Assembly (NCBI GenBank): GCA_003971905.1
Contig: RSEE01000050.1
Coordinates: 310,001 to 374,000, forward strand
Length of the DNA: 64,000 nt
From: Moniliella sp. 'wahieum'
Taxonomy: Eukaryota
Reading direction: 5' to 3'
The stretch's first letter is position 1; the number at the start of each line of letters is the position of its first letter. The notes under the pieces are model-generated. The model had not been told where the DNA came from. It worked only from the letters and a program-made list of their open reading frames with translations, and searched no databases. The translations under genes were made by a program, and so were the position numbers. This document shows, one piece after another, positions 13,552-25,640 of the stretch.

Positions 13552-14136
13552 TCAAAATCCAAAGTTGGCATCCTCCTCCTCAGCAAAGAAAGCATGGTAC
13601 GTGACCATCGTCGCGTACACCAACGCCCCCCCTACAATCGACATGCCACACGCCGTTGTGGTGATCACGCCGGCGTGGGCGAGGGCCAAGGGAAGTGCCA
13701 CCCCACTGACAACCATGATGGAGGTGAGAAAGTTGCCTAGGTCGACAAAGGCCGTGTTGTAATCCGCTGAGTAGTCGTCATACCCGGCCAGGCGGGAGCA
13801 GAGCGAATTAGGAATCGGGGCGAGAACGAAAAGGAGAGCTGCGAACACAAACAGAACAGGGGAGGCGGATTAGCAGTCAGAAACATGCGTAGCAGATCGC
13901 CAGCCGAACCAGCTGAGCAATACGTGGGCCAAAGATTTGATGACGGGTGGAGAACCAGGGGTGCACGTACCAACCAGAAGGGGGTACCAGTTGGACCAAA
14001 GTGCACACGAAAGAATCAGCAGCAAAAGCCAAACGCCAAGACAAACGCGAGCCAGATGACAGCTACCCATCATACAAAACATCAGTAGCTATTCGGCAGA
14101 GGCAGCATACCACGTACTGCGGATTCCAGACGCCAT
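13552..14136 (-). CDS. VPS55: Vacuolar protein sorting 55 (OB-RGRP/Vps55 family), 3 exons
   Basis: MASGIR, intron (GTACGT), TVIWLAFVLAFGF(L)LLILSCALWSNWYPLLV, intron (GTACGT), ALLFVLAPIPNSLCSRL..DLGNFLTSIMVVSGVALPLALAHAGVITTTACGMSIVGGALVYATMVTYHAFF..*. One T is missing in a homopolymer near 14025. Confidence 0.9.
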
Positions 14137-17099
14137 CGTTCCAAGATCGAGCACGGCGCGAACAAAGGGAAAGAAAGCGACTCAAACAACCGCCAGAGTG
14201 GGCGGGTGAGGTTTGATGGGCTGTTTGATGGCGTCGTAGTCGCCTCGGTGGACAACGCCAGCGGCAATGTTACCTAATCCTCAGGTGGGCCATGTGTGAT
14301 ATGTTTCAACTGTTCAGCGTTCATTTGAACGTTCAAATTCTCAGAGACGTCCCATCCCCGGCCCCTTTATTCATTTCGGGGCGTTTTGCAGGGCATTGCA
14401 TGAGAGGTCGCGCGGGAGCTGATCTTCCAACTTGTGCGCACCACCGGGTACACATATTTTCAATGATGCGACGGTGGAGGAAGACGAGGAAAAACTGGGG
14501 GGAAGCAAGACCAGACGCACGGACAAGCGAGAGTGTTGCCGTGTGACACCAGGACATCCTCATTTGTATAGTGAGTGGCTCGGGTCCAAAAAGGAGGCCA
14601 TGAAGGTCACTTACAGGCAAATAGCATGCGAGGAGACGGAACCCCTTGGGCAACGCCGCGAGAAAGGGTGCATGGACTGGTGTGGAGCAAACGTAATGAT
14701 GCGACAAGAAAATACCAAGTATTATCAGGGACGCACTCGCGACCTGTCCTTAATTCCCTCTGGCCATGGTGACACGAGGAAGGTAGTACTATGTCACACA
14801 CCGTCGAAGACGGCCAACAAGATGTTTGAGCACATGAAGAATCTTACTGAAGAGTCTCATTGGAGATGGTTCTTCGCTCACATATATGTCTTTCAAACTT
14901 ATTCGTATCCACTCACACTGCATCCGGTTTTGGGAAGCAGCTGTGGCGGGGGACAAGAAGTTCTGACGTGTGCGCGACTCCACTGGCCTCCTCTAGTTAT
15001 TTTGGTATACGTGTAAGCAGCACATGCCGGCTCATATTGAGCGAGCTCGGTAGGTGTAGCATTTCGCTATCCCTAATATCTTACGCTTTGCAAATGATGA
15101 TAGTTATCAGGTGTAGTACCGGACATGTATTTAACCCTCGCCCCAACAATGGTTTACATCGTCGATTGGGCACAATTAAGGCAAGCCATCTCAATTCGCT
15201 TTGATGAAACGCTTGAGAGAAGCTTCAGGAGTCCTTCATTGGGACTGTGTTCGAGGTACCACATCTCGATCTCTAATGATATCATTGACAGAGAGCTTAA
15301 GGCTGAGACAAAGAAACGCTGGGCCTAAACTGTTGACCTGTTAATCTGGTGTGCCTTACTTGTTGGCGTCAAACCCCTTTAGGAAACCAGAGAAACCGCC
15401 ATCAGATCAGGACTGCAACGGGTGAAGATTAAGTCGCCTTGATCAAGTCGCCTTGTACAACCACCTCCAACCCCTTATTGTCCCTCTCGCTTCTCGGCTT
15501 CTCTCTCCCCCTCCTCCTTCCATCCAGCGACGGGGGTACAGGGCAACCCTCTTCTCATTCGCACGCCCCTCTGGTCCGAGTCAAAGTCGTCTTGGGAGCA
15601 GGGGAACGGAGGAGGTTCGGCGCTGTTGGCCCGCTGGCCAATGCTCGCCTCTTCTGGGACTTGGGGAAAAGTATATGAGCTCCGCTGGCCCGCCTGCCAA
15701 CGTTCGCTCGCACGAATACAAGGTCCGGGGGACTGCTAAGAGGATCGGCGCTCTCCGCTGGCCCCCGCCAGTCAGTTTTCACCCGTCACAAAAAGGGTTC
15801 TTGCGTGCGAACCCGGGTACTATATAGACGTTCTTGTCCCATTCAGATTATTCCAAGAGTCGAAGCAGCTTCTTCTCGTGGCGTTCCAATGGCGTCGCGG
15901 TGCTCTTCTCGTGTACCACCCTTCCGTACGCAGACAGCGCCTCCCCGTTCCCGATCTCCACAAAGTGAGGTCTTTCTCCATTCTTTATCCTCCGAAGGCT
16001 TCAGGTCTCAACACTCGGTAAGTAGTCAATACGCATCGTCATATCCTTCCACACCTCGCCCCATCATTGTCCCCCCCTTAGTCGGCTTGTGGATGTGGTA
16101 GTGGGGGATGGATCGCCCCAGTGGAAGAATGGGAACCTCATGAAATGCACCAAAATTGGACTGGGTGAGGCTGAAGCCATGATGTGCTTAAGCGCGGACA
16201 TGACACGACACACTGGCCCATGCTGTGCGTGGAACGGCACAACAAGGTGCGGAGTTGGAGACCAATCTGAACCTTCTTTGTTTGTGAGCCGAAGGCACAC
16301 AGATCATGGGACTGAAGAGAGCCAGGTGTGATTCAGCGCGTTGCTGTGTGCTCGACGACATTGCGACCGTCGGCATCGTCGAGCTTCTTGGGCACTTCCT
16401 TCCGGCTCTTCTCCCACCTCCCCTGACAGCGCTTGGGCCGCGTCGTAAATGCGTTCGTCGTGCGTGCGTCTAAAAAGGGGGCAATAAAAAAGTGGTAACG
16501 ACTAATAAAAGAGAGTATTAGCCGTTGACCTCATTAGCGGGCTGCCGCATCCTCCCATTCAAAGAGGCAAGCTCACGAGAATATGTCAAAGTCATCGTTC
16601 GTCGTGCCTTGGGAGTTCTATTTACTTCGGATCTGTGGGAACTCCGTGCAGATGAATGCGTTAATCTCGTGGCCAGCATTCCTTTAACATCTCCTTTCGC
16701 CACTTAGTGTCGCTCTTGATACTTCACGCAACAACTTTCCCCGCTCCTCCCTTCCTGCTTCGCCCCCGCCCATTTATTGGTTCTAGCACTACGGTTCGCA
16801 CCATCCACCCTCATCGATCATCAGGCCTCAAGGGCCTCAAGCGCCACTACATGTCTCAAACGGAATGCACATCGGGAGAGTCGCACTCCGTCCGAGTCAT
16901 TTTCTTGCATAGAATACTGCTTTGGCTATGAATGTCAGTATTCGGTACAAGTATACTCGATTCGTACAAAGTGTATTAGTCACAGCCGTATAATGCTCGG
17001 TCTGAGCACTCTCTGAGCACTCAGAGATGGGTGTGACTGATGGGATGAGTATTACTCAGTAAATCCTCTGTATTTCTTATAGTCTCCCTCCCATCATCT

Positions 17100-19250
17100 T
17101 GTTTTTTTCATCGACCATCGATGATCGATCGATCATCCCCACTGCTGTTCTGTTCTTCCAACTCTGGCCTAGGGCCTCAGGCTGAGGCCTCAGGTCTCCT
17201 CGGTCTCTTCGGCCTATCAGATGCCGGCAGTCGAGAGCAGCAATCTAAGCCCTCTTGTATCCCTTCGATCGCATCCATAGCCCCAGAAACGGGCCAGGCC
17301 ACAGTGTCTCAACAGGCTTCAGGCCCTCGCGAGCCTCTTCGAGAGGTAGGTCACATCAAATTAATCTACCCCTTTTCTTCACGGTCTTGGCGTTGTGATG
17401 CAAGCTAATACTACTAGTATGTGTTTAATGCAAGTTTTTTTGAGCGCTCTCTCAGAACGATTAAGAATATCAGTGGTCCGGAGGGCTCAAACTTCCACCA
17501 CAGGCCATCTTTTGTTCCACCTTTCGCCATCCCGATACCACAGTAGGTAATCAAGTGCGAGAGGTCTCAGAAAATCGATAGGGGTCGATTATTACTGCAG
17601 TGGCGAGCGTTCTCACATGTTCAGGCTCAGGCTGGGCGATGAGTATACTGAGTGAAAGTAGAGAGAGGAGCAGCGGCAGTGAGGAGAGGGTGAAAGGCAG
17701 TGAGATAACTCTGGGTATATGTCTCTCTCCTTTGCAGCCCATTGCGATAGGAAGTTGAGGTGTGAAGCTTGAAGCTTGAAGCTTGAAGCTTGAAGCTTGA
17801 AGAGGCCTGAGCCTGAGCCTGAGGCCCTGAGGCCCTGAGGCCTAAAAGGAGAGCCTTTGCCTGTCCATCACCCACACTCTGCAGTATCTTTTTCCTTCCC
17901 CCGTTACGCGTTACGCGTTGCGCGTTACGCGTTACGCGTTATCAGGCGTTACATATGTCACTCCTCGTTTGCAAGTTACATGCCCTATTACATCCGCCAT
18001 ATGCTCCCCCCATCTAGTACCACAGCCTGCCACAGCCACATCTTTTGCCACAACGGAAAAATGGGTCAATGTGCTCAACGCGCTCAACGCGAATCGGTCC
18101 ATGCCCCGCCAACGTCCAACGCTCCGCCATGGTCAAGCCGGTTAGCGCGTAACGTCGTCTTCTTAGATCTTACTGCACGCAAATCCTACAGATCATTGAT
18201 GCATGATGCATGATGCAAGCAGTTGATGCAGTTGATGTTACCTCCAGACAATTACGTTACACACGTACTGTATGGTTTTCGATCGATCTCACATCTCATC
18301 TCCGCGCTCTCAGATCTCAGACCTCAGATTCTTAGATCTCATGTCTGACACGTGACGGGCGACGCGTGACGCGTGACGGCCCTTGTGATCACCGATCATC
18401 GATCCTTACCAAAGCCCTTTAGGCCTTAATTAGGCTTCCTTAGGTCTTATTACATGTTCCTCCCTTGTACCATGTACTGCATGTACACCCTCTTTAAATT
18501 TGACCTCCGACGCCCACACGTGTGTATACATTGGTTTCTTCGAACCCCTGTATCTCCCCCAACAGGTATGGCTTTGCCTGGTATAGGCATGATGTGCATG
18601 ATGCATCATGCATGAATTTGGAAACCTGCCGCGGCCTCCTGCCGGCCTCCTGCCTCATCTTCAAGCTTCAGGGGCATCATGCCATTCACAAGCAGACCAC
18701 CACCACCACCACCGTTGGATTGCTCTATGTAGTACTTCTCCAGGGGTTCCCTTACAGGCTTCGGCGAACGTTCATCTGGCCTTAGGCCTTACCTTAGGCT
18801 TAGCTTGTTGTACTTGTAGGCCGTGTTTTACAGGCCCCTTTTGTACACAACTTTTTAAGCTTCACACTGCGCCTCATTGATATGGAGGGGCTATCCCACG
18901 TTCAAGCTTCAAGCTTCACGTAACGCGTAACAGTCTTCAGTATGCTCAGGCCTGAGCCTCAGGTTCCAAATGTTCCTGGTGTATATAAACCTCCGAAAGT
19001 CCGCGACATTATGGCCTGCGACGCCGCAAAAATGTCTCTCAGACGTTACTTCTTCCGACTCGCCGTCTGCATGAAGCTCAAAAGCGCTTTTAGGCTTAAA
19101 CTTATTCGCGCTCTTAAGCTCTCAGGATCTCAGATCTCAACAGATCTCAAGCATCAAGCCTTCGTCAGACCTCAGGGTCAGGTCTCATGTGCGCTCCTTC
19201 AAGCTTCAGTCGAGCTTCAGTACTCAGTCTGAGTACTCAGATCTCAATAT
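17100..19250. repeat. Cluster of short 7-bp (TNA + 4-bp palindrome) tandem repeats
   Basis: (TGAAGCT)5 at 17763-17797, (TTACGCG)n at 17902-17941, (TGATGCA)3 near 18197, (TCAGATC)n at about 18309-18340, (TGACGCG)n at 18361-18377, (TCAAGCT)n near 18902. Confidence 0.9.
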
Positions 19251-21049
19251 TCAATTCCGAAAATTCCTATACACATCTCGATACTTCTGCAGTCTATGGT
19301 TTCTTGATCGTAACCTGATGAGACCTGGAGTCCGGATGGTCCTCGAGGGTGATGCAATCGCACTGATGGTGGTGGTGGTGGTCTAAGCCAACCAGCAACG
19401 CCTACTGAGGAACATCATGCAGCGAGTCGCCACCAGGGGCTAAGCTGCGGAGAACAAGGAAAAACAGGAGAGAAAACAACGGAACTCCTAGGCCTGAGGA
19501 GGAACTGAAAGGACATTGGCCAAATCACGAGCCACCCGGTGGCTCAACATAACCTCTTGTGGGAGGGCGGGAGGGAAGCGTTTCGCGGCCACTGATGAGG
19601 CGCTGAGGTGTTGAGTAGGGACCAAGAGGGTTAGGAAGCAAGCAATTAAGAAAAACTGTACCCATCATGATGCACCCTAAAGAATACCTGTGTAATGCAT
19701 GTAATGCTGCTACGTCGTTACCTGTGGCGGCGTCTGACGCGGCTGATTAGTAGTAATTGTGAAAAAGAGTTACAGACCCTAGAGTTGCCGCGCCCAGACC
19801 AGCAGATCACGTGTATACACTCTGTCCCACTGTTGCTTGTACTGCCCTATTCTCCTTCTCCTTTTCTCTTCCCTTCATAGTACCTATCGCTCACCTTGTT
19901 GATAGATTCTCACTCGCTGATTGTCATTGTCGCACGGGCATGGCCACTCGGGTCACCGTACATGGTTTAACGGGTCATATCATCAAACTTGGTTGGACTT
20001 CTCAGTGCGCTCTACTGGGCATGTGTAGAGCAGGCGGGACTTAGCTTTGATCAGGCCATCTCATATCCAACGCAGCCCGTACACACTGTGATCGTTCTAT
20101 GTACTTTATAGAGACTAGGTGTTTCCCAGGCCAGAGCCTAGCTTGCGCGTTGCCAGTAAAAACGGTAAAAGAGAGGCCAGGAAGCTGTATATCTAGAGCG
20201 CGTCGTAACTAACTTGTGACTGATAATTGTTGCGGGACAGCTCTGTTGGTGCACGCATGGTACATTTGCCTTCCTCCACCAGTGCAAAATGCATGGGTTT
20301 GCTCTTGGTATGTGTGTGGTTCACACATAACCAACGAAAATGTCTAACCAGCTGGTATAGCGTCCAAATACTGTGGCGCATCAACAGCCGAAAGTCTGGT
20401 TCCCTCTCCCCTTTTATACAGTAAATCATATGCACCTATCCCGTCCCCACGGAAGGCCAAATAATATTCTTGGTGGCTTCCGTACTCTCGTGTATACATC
20501 ATCCAGCTAAGTACACCAACTCTAGCTGCCTGGTCTCCCAAACAAATGCCCTCCTTTGCATACCCGTACACCCAACCAGTGCCCAAAACGTGCAACAGGA
20601 GATCTCACAGGCCCTATAGGGTCGATGGGGAATGTTGACGACTTTTTGAGACTGACATAGATGTGATGCTTGTGGTCCTGCAACTGCTCCGATCCCGGAT
20701 CTCGATAGCGCGTCCCCTGGCCAATATGCAATAGACAACAGTAAGGTGTTTGATACCCATTGGAGCCATTCTTTCCCAGAAACTACCACCCCCGCGGACA
20801 GCAAACCTATACACCGTAACGATGTAAAAATGCAAGGTGTTTACCTTTGCTAATCGAATGCTGAGTGGCATATATTGACGCATTGATACACCTGAATGTC
20901 TGAGTGTTTCTTTTGAACTGAACAGCCGTTTTGAACTGCTTTTAAATACTGTTTCTTTGCCCCCCTTAGGCTCTCTGTCAATGATACGGTCCCAAAATAG
21001 AGATATGGGAGGATGTAACAGTCGGGCTAAACGAGGGAGACCAAGGTCC

Positions 21050-21192
21050 TGTCAGAGGCGGGGGGAAAGGCAGATCGTTCGTGGGAGGAAACAGAAGGCA
21101 TCAGGCAGAGAACAGAAGCAAAAGGGAAGGGAAGAGCGAGAGACACAGGATGCGGAATTGGAAATTGGAGCGAGCTTAGTCATTCGGTGACA
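21050..21192 (-). mobile_element. Solo-LTR-like fragment related to the Gypsy 3' LTR at 28.8 kb
   Basis: 21086-21192 (GAAACAGAAGGCATCAGGCAGAGAACAGAAGCAAAAGGGAAGGGAAGAGC..GGAAATTGGAGCGAGC..GGTGACA) aligns by eye with 28790-28883 and ends at the same GTGACA terminus. No target-site duplication was seen. Confidence 0.5.
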
Positions 21193-21489
21193 GAGGATGG
21201 TCGATGACCTTAACGATCTTAGTTATATTGTTGTGGTAGTGCCTATCGGCAAAAGATCGACTACCAGTCTACTAGGGGTACGGAGATCTTTGGGGAGCCC
21301 AGCCAGAAGCTTTAGCGGCCGACCAGGGGGGAAGGGAGGTGGAGAGAGTCTTGGGCGAGAAGTCAAATTTCAAAGGTGAGGGGCCTGAGGGTTAGACGTT
21401 AGGGTTAGGTCTGAGGGTCTGGGGGCCAGACGCACTGATGTGCTGACGCGCTGACGGCAGAGGCTGTGCTGTGGCTGCGGCACTGTCGT

Positions 21490-24000
21490 AGCCACATGCA
21501 CATGTCATGCATGTCACATGCCGTGTCTTGAAGCTTGATGCAGTGGCATGGTTCCGTAGCGCGGCCGTAGCCCACAACAAAAGTAAAAGGGCCAAATCGG
21601 GGGCTCAACGTACGTGCTCAACGTCAACGTGTTCAACAGTCCGCTGCAAAGCCGCATGCCCCTGGGACCTGATATACTGATACTCCATGAGATCTGAGAT
21701 CTGAGATCGATGAGGGGATGGGCCGGCCTTGGGCCTTGAAGCTCTTGAAGCTTGAAGCTGATTCTCAGATCTCTCAGATCTCAGTACCCCCAGGAAACCC
21801 CCAGGAACTCATCAGCACTATCAGCAATAGTATCAGTTGCTCAATACACGTCCGTGAAGCTAGTGACTAATGACTTAATGACTACCTCAGGCCCCTGGGC
21901 CTGAAGCTTGAGCTTGAAGCTTGAAGCTTGAAGCTTATCTTGAAGTCTGAACTCGCTGACTATCGTCGATGATCTCGATTATCGATTATCGGAAGCTGGA
22001 AAGGTTGCATCAACAACGTTATCGATTATCAACTAACAGAGACAGAAGAACCTAGCTTGTTTCCGCTTCATTATCATTAATCATTGGTAACCGGTGAAAC
22101 CAGTAAAGCTAGGAATCGATAATCGGTACCCGGTTAAACCCGAGAGCTCACATGCGCTCTAACAGAAAAGGGCTGCAGTTTCTCTGCCTATGATGAACAG
22201 TAGGCTGTCAGGCTATGGATCTGGGGCTTGCTGGGGCCTGTCCTGCTGCATGTAGCACGTGCAATAGCAGCTGTAACATGTAATAGGCTATAGTCCGCCA
22301 ACGGCCTCAGCGTATGAGCTGAGCGCCAGCGAACTGACCGTTGCACCGGCTCAGCCAGAATGGGCTCTGGCCGAGTACTTGACTGGGAATTGCCAGGCAT
22401 TGATTGATCGCCTGGTGCACAGGTTCTAACCCATGCACGTTGCTCTCGTCGATCTCCTCCTTCCCCACAAGCATCACAGGCATCACATGTCACATGTCAC
22501 ACATCACGCGTCACGTGGGTCCTGGTCCAATTGGCACGTGGCGTGTGGCACGTGGCACACGATGACCCATTCGTATAATCATATCACGCGTCACGCGTCA
22601 CCTGCCACCGATGATTGATCATACATCATCGACATCATCGATCATCGATCATCGATCACCGTTCATTTGGTCACACGTCGCCGCGTCACCGGTCTCCGGT
22701 CAGTGAGACTTGCAGCATGCCACTAGCCTCGAGACTAGCCCCTCTGCCCTGATGCATGATGCATGATGCATGATGCATGATGCATGATGCATGATGCTGA
22801 TGCATGATGCATGATGGCATGGCATGCATGATGCAGGAGGACATGAGGTGCATGAGGATACCAGAATGGGTGGATGAACTCGATGAACGTAACAATGATC
22901 GATGAACGATCGATGAACGTTGAACGGTGGATGCTTCTCAGGCGCCCCACTAGGCACTGCAATACATACCACGGTCGATCGAGATTGATCTAATTAAGCT
23001 TGACAGATCTGCGATCACTTCGAGCTTGAACAGCTTGAACTTCAAGCTTCAAGCTTCAAGCTTCAAGCTCAAGCGATCCGGTCGCCGGTCGCCGGGTCAC
23101 ATGCATCACGCGTCAGGTGTCAGGCTAAGGCCTAAGGCCTAGGCTTAGGCCTAAGGTCCCACAGGCATCAGGCCGTCAGGGCCTCAGGCCTCTACACGTA
23201 ACGCGTAAACTGTTGACTTCTTCAGCGCTGAGCCGCTTAGCGCTTACGGGTTACCGGCTAAGTGCGCACGGAGCCTGAGCGGCTCAGCGGCTGCGCGCGC
23301 AGCGCTGTGCGATGCATGTTGCATGTGACATGTGACATGTGATGCATGATGCATGATGCACGATGCATGAGGCCGAGGCTCAGTTCTTAGGCCCATTGAA
23401 TATTGAGTAACTGAGTACTCAGACTGAGTGGTCTGAAGCTTGAAGCTTGAGGCCTGAGCATATCGACGTCGAACGATGACATTGAACATTGAACGGTTGA
23501 ACTGAACATAGATGGTACGTTGATGTGCGTTGATGTCTGGCTGCCGTGCCCACCGGCCACCATTCATGTCGCCGTCGGCACCGAACTGAATCGTCCTTGA
23601 CCTGCGACAAGGCAATTCCAACACAGCTCTTATAGCCCCTCCCACCGTTCCGCGCTCAGCCTCAGTGTCAATAGGCTCAATACCGACGACACTCAGTGCT
23701 CAAATGAGCTGTACTCTTCGTTCACAACGTTCAACGTTCAACGTTCAACTGAACGTTGAGTTCAACAGAGCCTGAACGTTAGGCGCGAGCGCTGAGGCTC
23801 AGCGCTCAGGCTGAGCAGTAGTGCCAGCTCGTTCAGCCGCTCAGCCTGAGTGAGCGCTCATCGCGCGTTCGCACGTTTCTTATTCTCCTAGTTGGCATAG
23901 ACCCGCGACAATTGCATGCCTATTACTCAGGGTGTGAAAGTCTTTGGATGCATTCGATCCACCAACGCACAATATAGCCCTTAGGCCTTAGGCGTTATGC
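21490..24000. repeat. Densest cluster of 7-bp TNA+palindrome tandem repeats, upstream of the Velvet gene
   Basis: (TGAGATC)3 at 21688-21708, (TCATCGA)3 at 22635-22658, (TGATGCA)6+ from 22750, (TCAAGCT)4 at about 23042-23070, (TAAGGCC)n at 23126-23156, (TGACATG)n at about 23323-23342, (CAACGTT)3 at 23725-23745. Confidence 0.9.
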
Positions 24001-24729
24001 ATTACGAGCTTCCGCGCTGCTCCCGCCTGCCCAGTCTCGATCGTTGCCTCCCCGATGCGCATGGGCGATGGCAACAACACGGGTGGCGGCCCTGTCGCCA
24101 GCCTTTGCGCTCGGACTGCGTCTGAGTATATATTGGGCATACGGGGTACTGAGTCTCAGTTCCTGTGGGTAGTGTGATTGTTGCACTGATCAGTCGAAGG
24201 CGCACAATGCACACAAGACGCCACACATGCCCCCTGCGGTTCTCTGTGTAAGCTGCACGCCTCTGGCTTCACGCTTCGCACATCCGCAGCAGCTGTGGCA
24301 TCTTTTTTTGATGCCGATGATGCCTGCAGTGTGTACATATATATTTACACCTATTTCGATCCATCCTACCCACGCGGGCGCTCATCGATCGGAACGATTC
24401 CGAACGTGCGCGACGCAAAGTTCCCTCCTTCCCCACCATCCATCAGTTCGTCATCACCGTCGGTTTCTTTCTCAGCCTCAGGGCGGCTATTAGCTACCCA
24501 GCACGCACCCCTATCGTGGCTGTCATCCAGCCTCAACCCGCGCCCTGTTCTTGCCTCTCGCTGCAAAGCTGCTGCCACGCAAGCCTCATTTGCGGCTCGG
24601 TACTGCGGTAGCGAATCTGGATCTGATACTCATTACTCCCCCACCCCTCTCTTCTCCATCCGCCCTCCGTCTCCCCACCTACCATTCCCACCATCGCCTC
24701 CTTCCATTCCTCTTGCGACCGTTGTGAGG

Positions 24730-25640
24730 ATGAGCTCTTCCAATCCACTAGATGCGAGCGCTGGTTCGACCAGTGCCTCCGCCCTCCCCTCCGAATCAAC
24801 TGACCAACGGCCAAGACGCACTCGTCTCCTACGCCCCGGGAAGATCAAAATGCGAGGTGAGCCTCCCCCTTCGCGCCTGTCAGATTTGATAAGAGACACT
24901 GACCCCCCCCCCCCCCCCCCCCCCCCGCCCTCCTTCCCCTGCCGCCCTTCCTCATTCCCTCTGCATTCAGCCGCAAGTACGAGCTCACCATCCTTCAGAG
25001 CCCCACCATTGGCCCAGCCTACGAGGCAGATCCGCTCCGTCGTATCTCAGTTCAACCGCCGCTTGTGGCTCAGATTACGATCAGGGATCATACTGGCCGA
25101 GCTTGATGGGTAGGTCGCCTCATGCATCATCCCATTTGGATGTAGTTGGCTCACATTTTGCCTGTCATTCCGATGACGCCTTCCTCGTGGTGCTGTCAAT
25201 TTGATCACAGAAGATCGTCAACCCGCCGATACACTTCTCCCTTCCCCTTCGGTTTCTGCTGATGCACCCAGCGTACTCCAACCCCCCGAAACCTAACAGA
25301 CCAACGTATACCGGCGGCTCCTTCGCTTCGGGGAACCTTGCGCCCGCTCGCATGCTCGCCGGTTCCATCAATACCAATGCGCAGCGATACCAAGACCTGA
25401 ATGGCATCAACCGCATCTTCCTTGTCTTCCCGAAATTAGTGTTCGACCGTCGGACGTTACTTGTTGGAAATCCTCCTTTTCCGTATTACCTTGTGAGATC
25501 CCTCCTCCTCTTGGGTTTCCATACTAATGTGGTCAACGTCCAACGTCCAGTGGTGGTGCAAACACCTCTAGCCTCGCAGAGGCAGTCACCCCCCACGTCA
25601 TCCAAATTGTCCCATAGTCAACTACGTCGCGCCTGGTAGT
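24730..25640 (+). CDS. Velvet-domain transcription regulator, divergent; multi-exon, 3' end uncertain
   Basis: After intron 24857-24970 (GTGAGC..CTGAC..CAG) the frame reads RKYELTILQSPTIGPAYEADPLRRISVQPPLVAQITIRDHTG (velvet consensus YEL.V.QQP..RRPIDPPP.VQL). It continues FLV.AVNLITED (F..V.LWS.D) and RMLAGSINTNAQRYQDLNGINRIFLVFP(E)ISVRPS(G)RYLLEILLFRI (RNL.GS.....L.D..G..GIFFVFPDLSVR.EG.FRL). After intron about 25494-25549 comes LAEAVT. Several 1-nt corrections are required. Confidence 0.75.
24903..24926 (+). repeat. Poly-C homopolymer (24 nt) inside the first Velvet intron
   Basis: Run of C directly after the CTGAC branch-site motif. Confidence 0.8.

Noticed and set aside
20190..20883. Short minus-strand ORFs that might be a spliced gene
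   Set aside because: No coherent reading frame or known motif could be assembled.
21393..21420. TTAGGGTTAGG telomere-like seed
   Set aside because: Fewer than two full units and embedded in other short repeats, so compatible with chance.
22750..22835. Possible CRISPR-like or telomeric array
   Set aside because: The units are 7 bp with no unique spacers, the context is eukaryotic, and it is not TTAGGG-like.
17100..24000. ORFs containing SSFKLQA, HHASCIM or RYALRV repeats
   Set aside because: These are translations of the heptamer DNA repeats, with no evidence of real coding.
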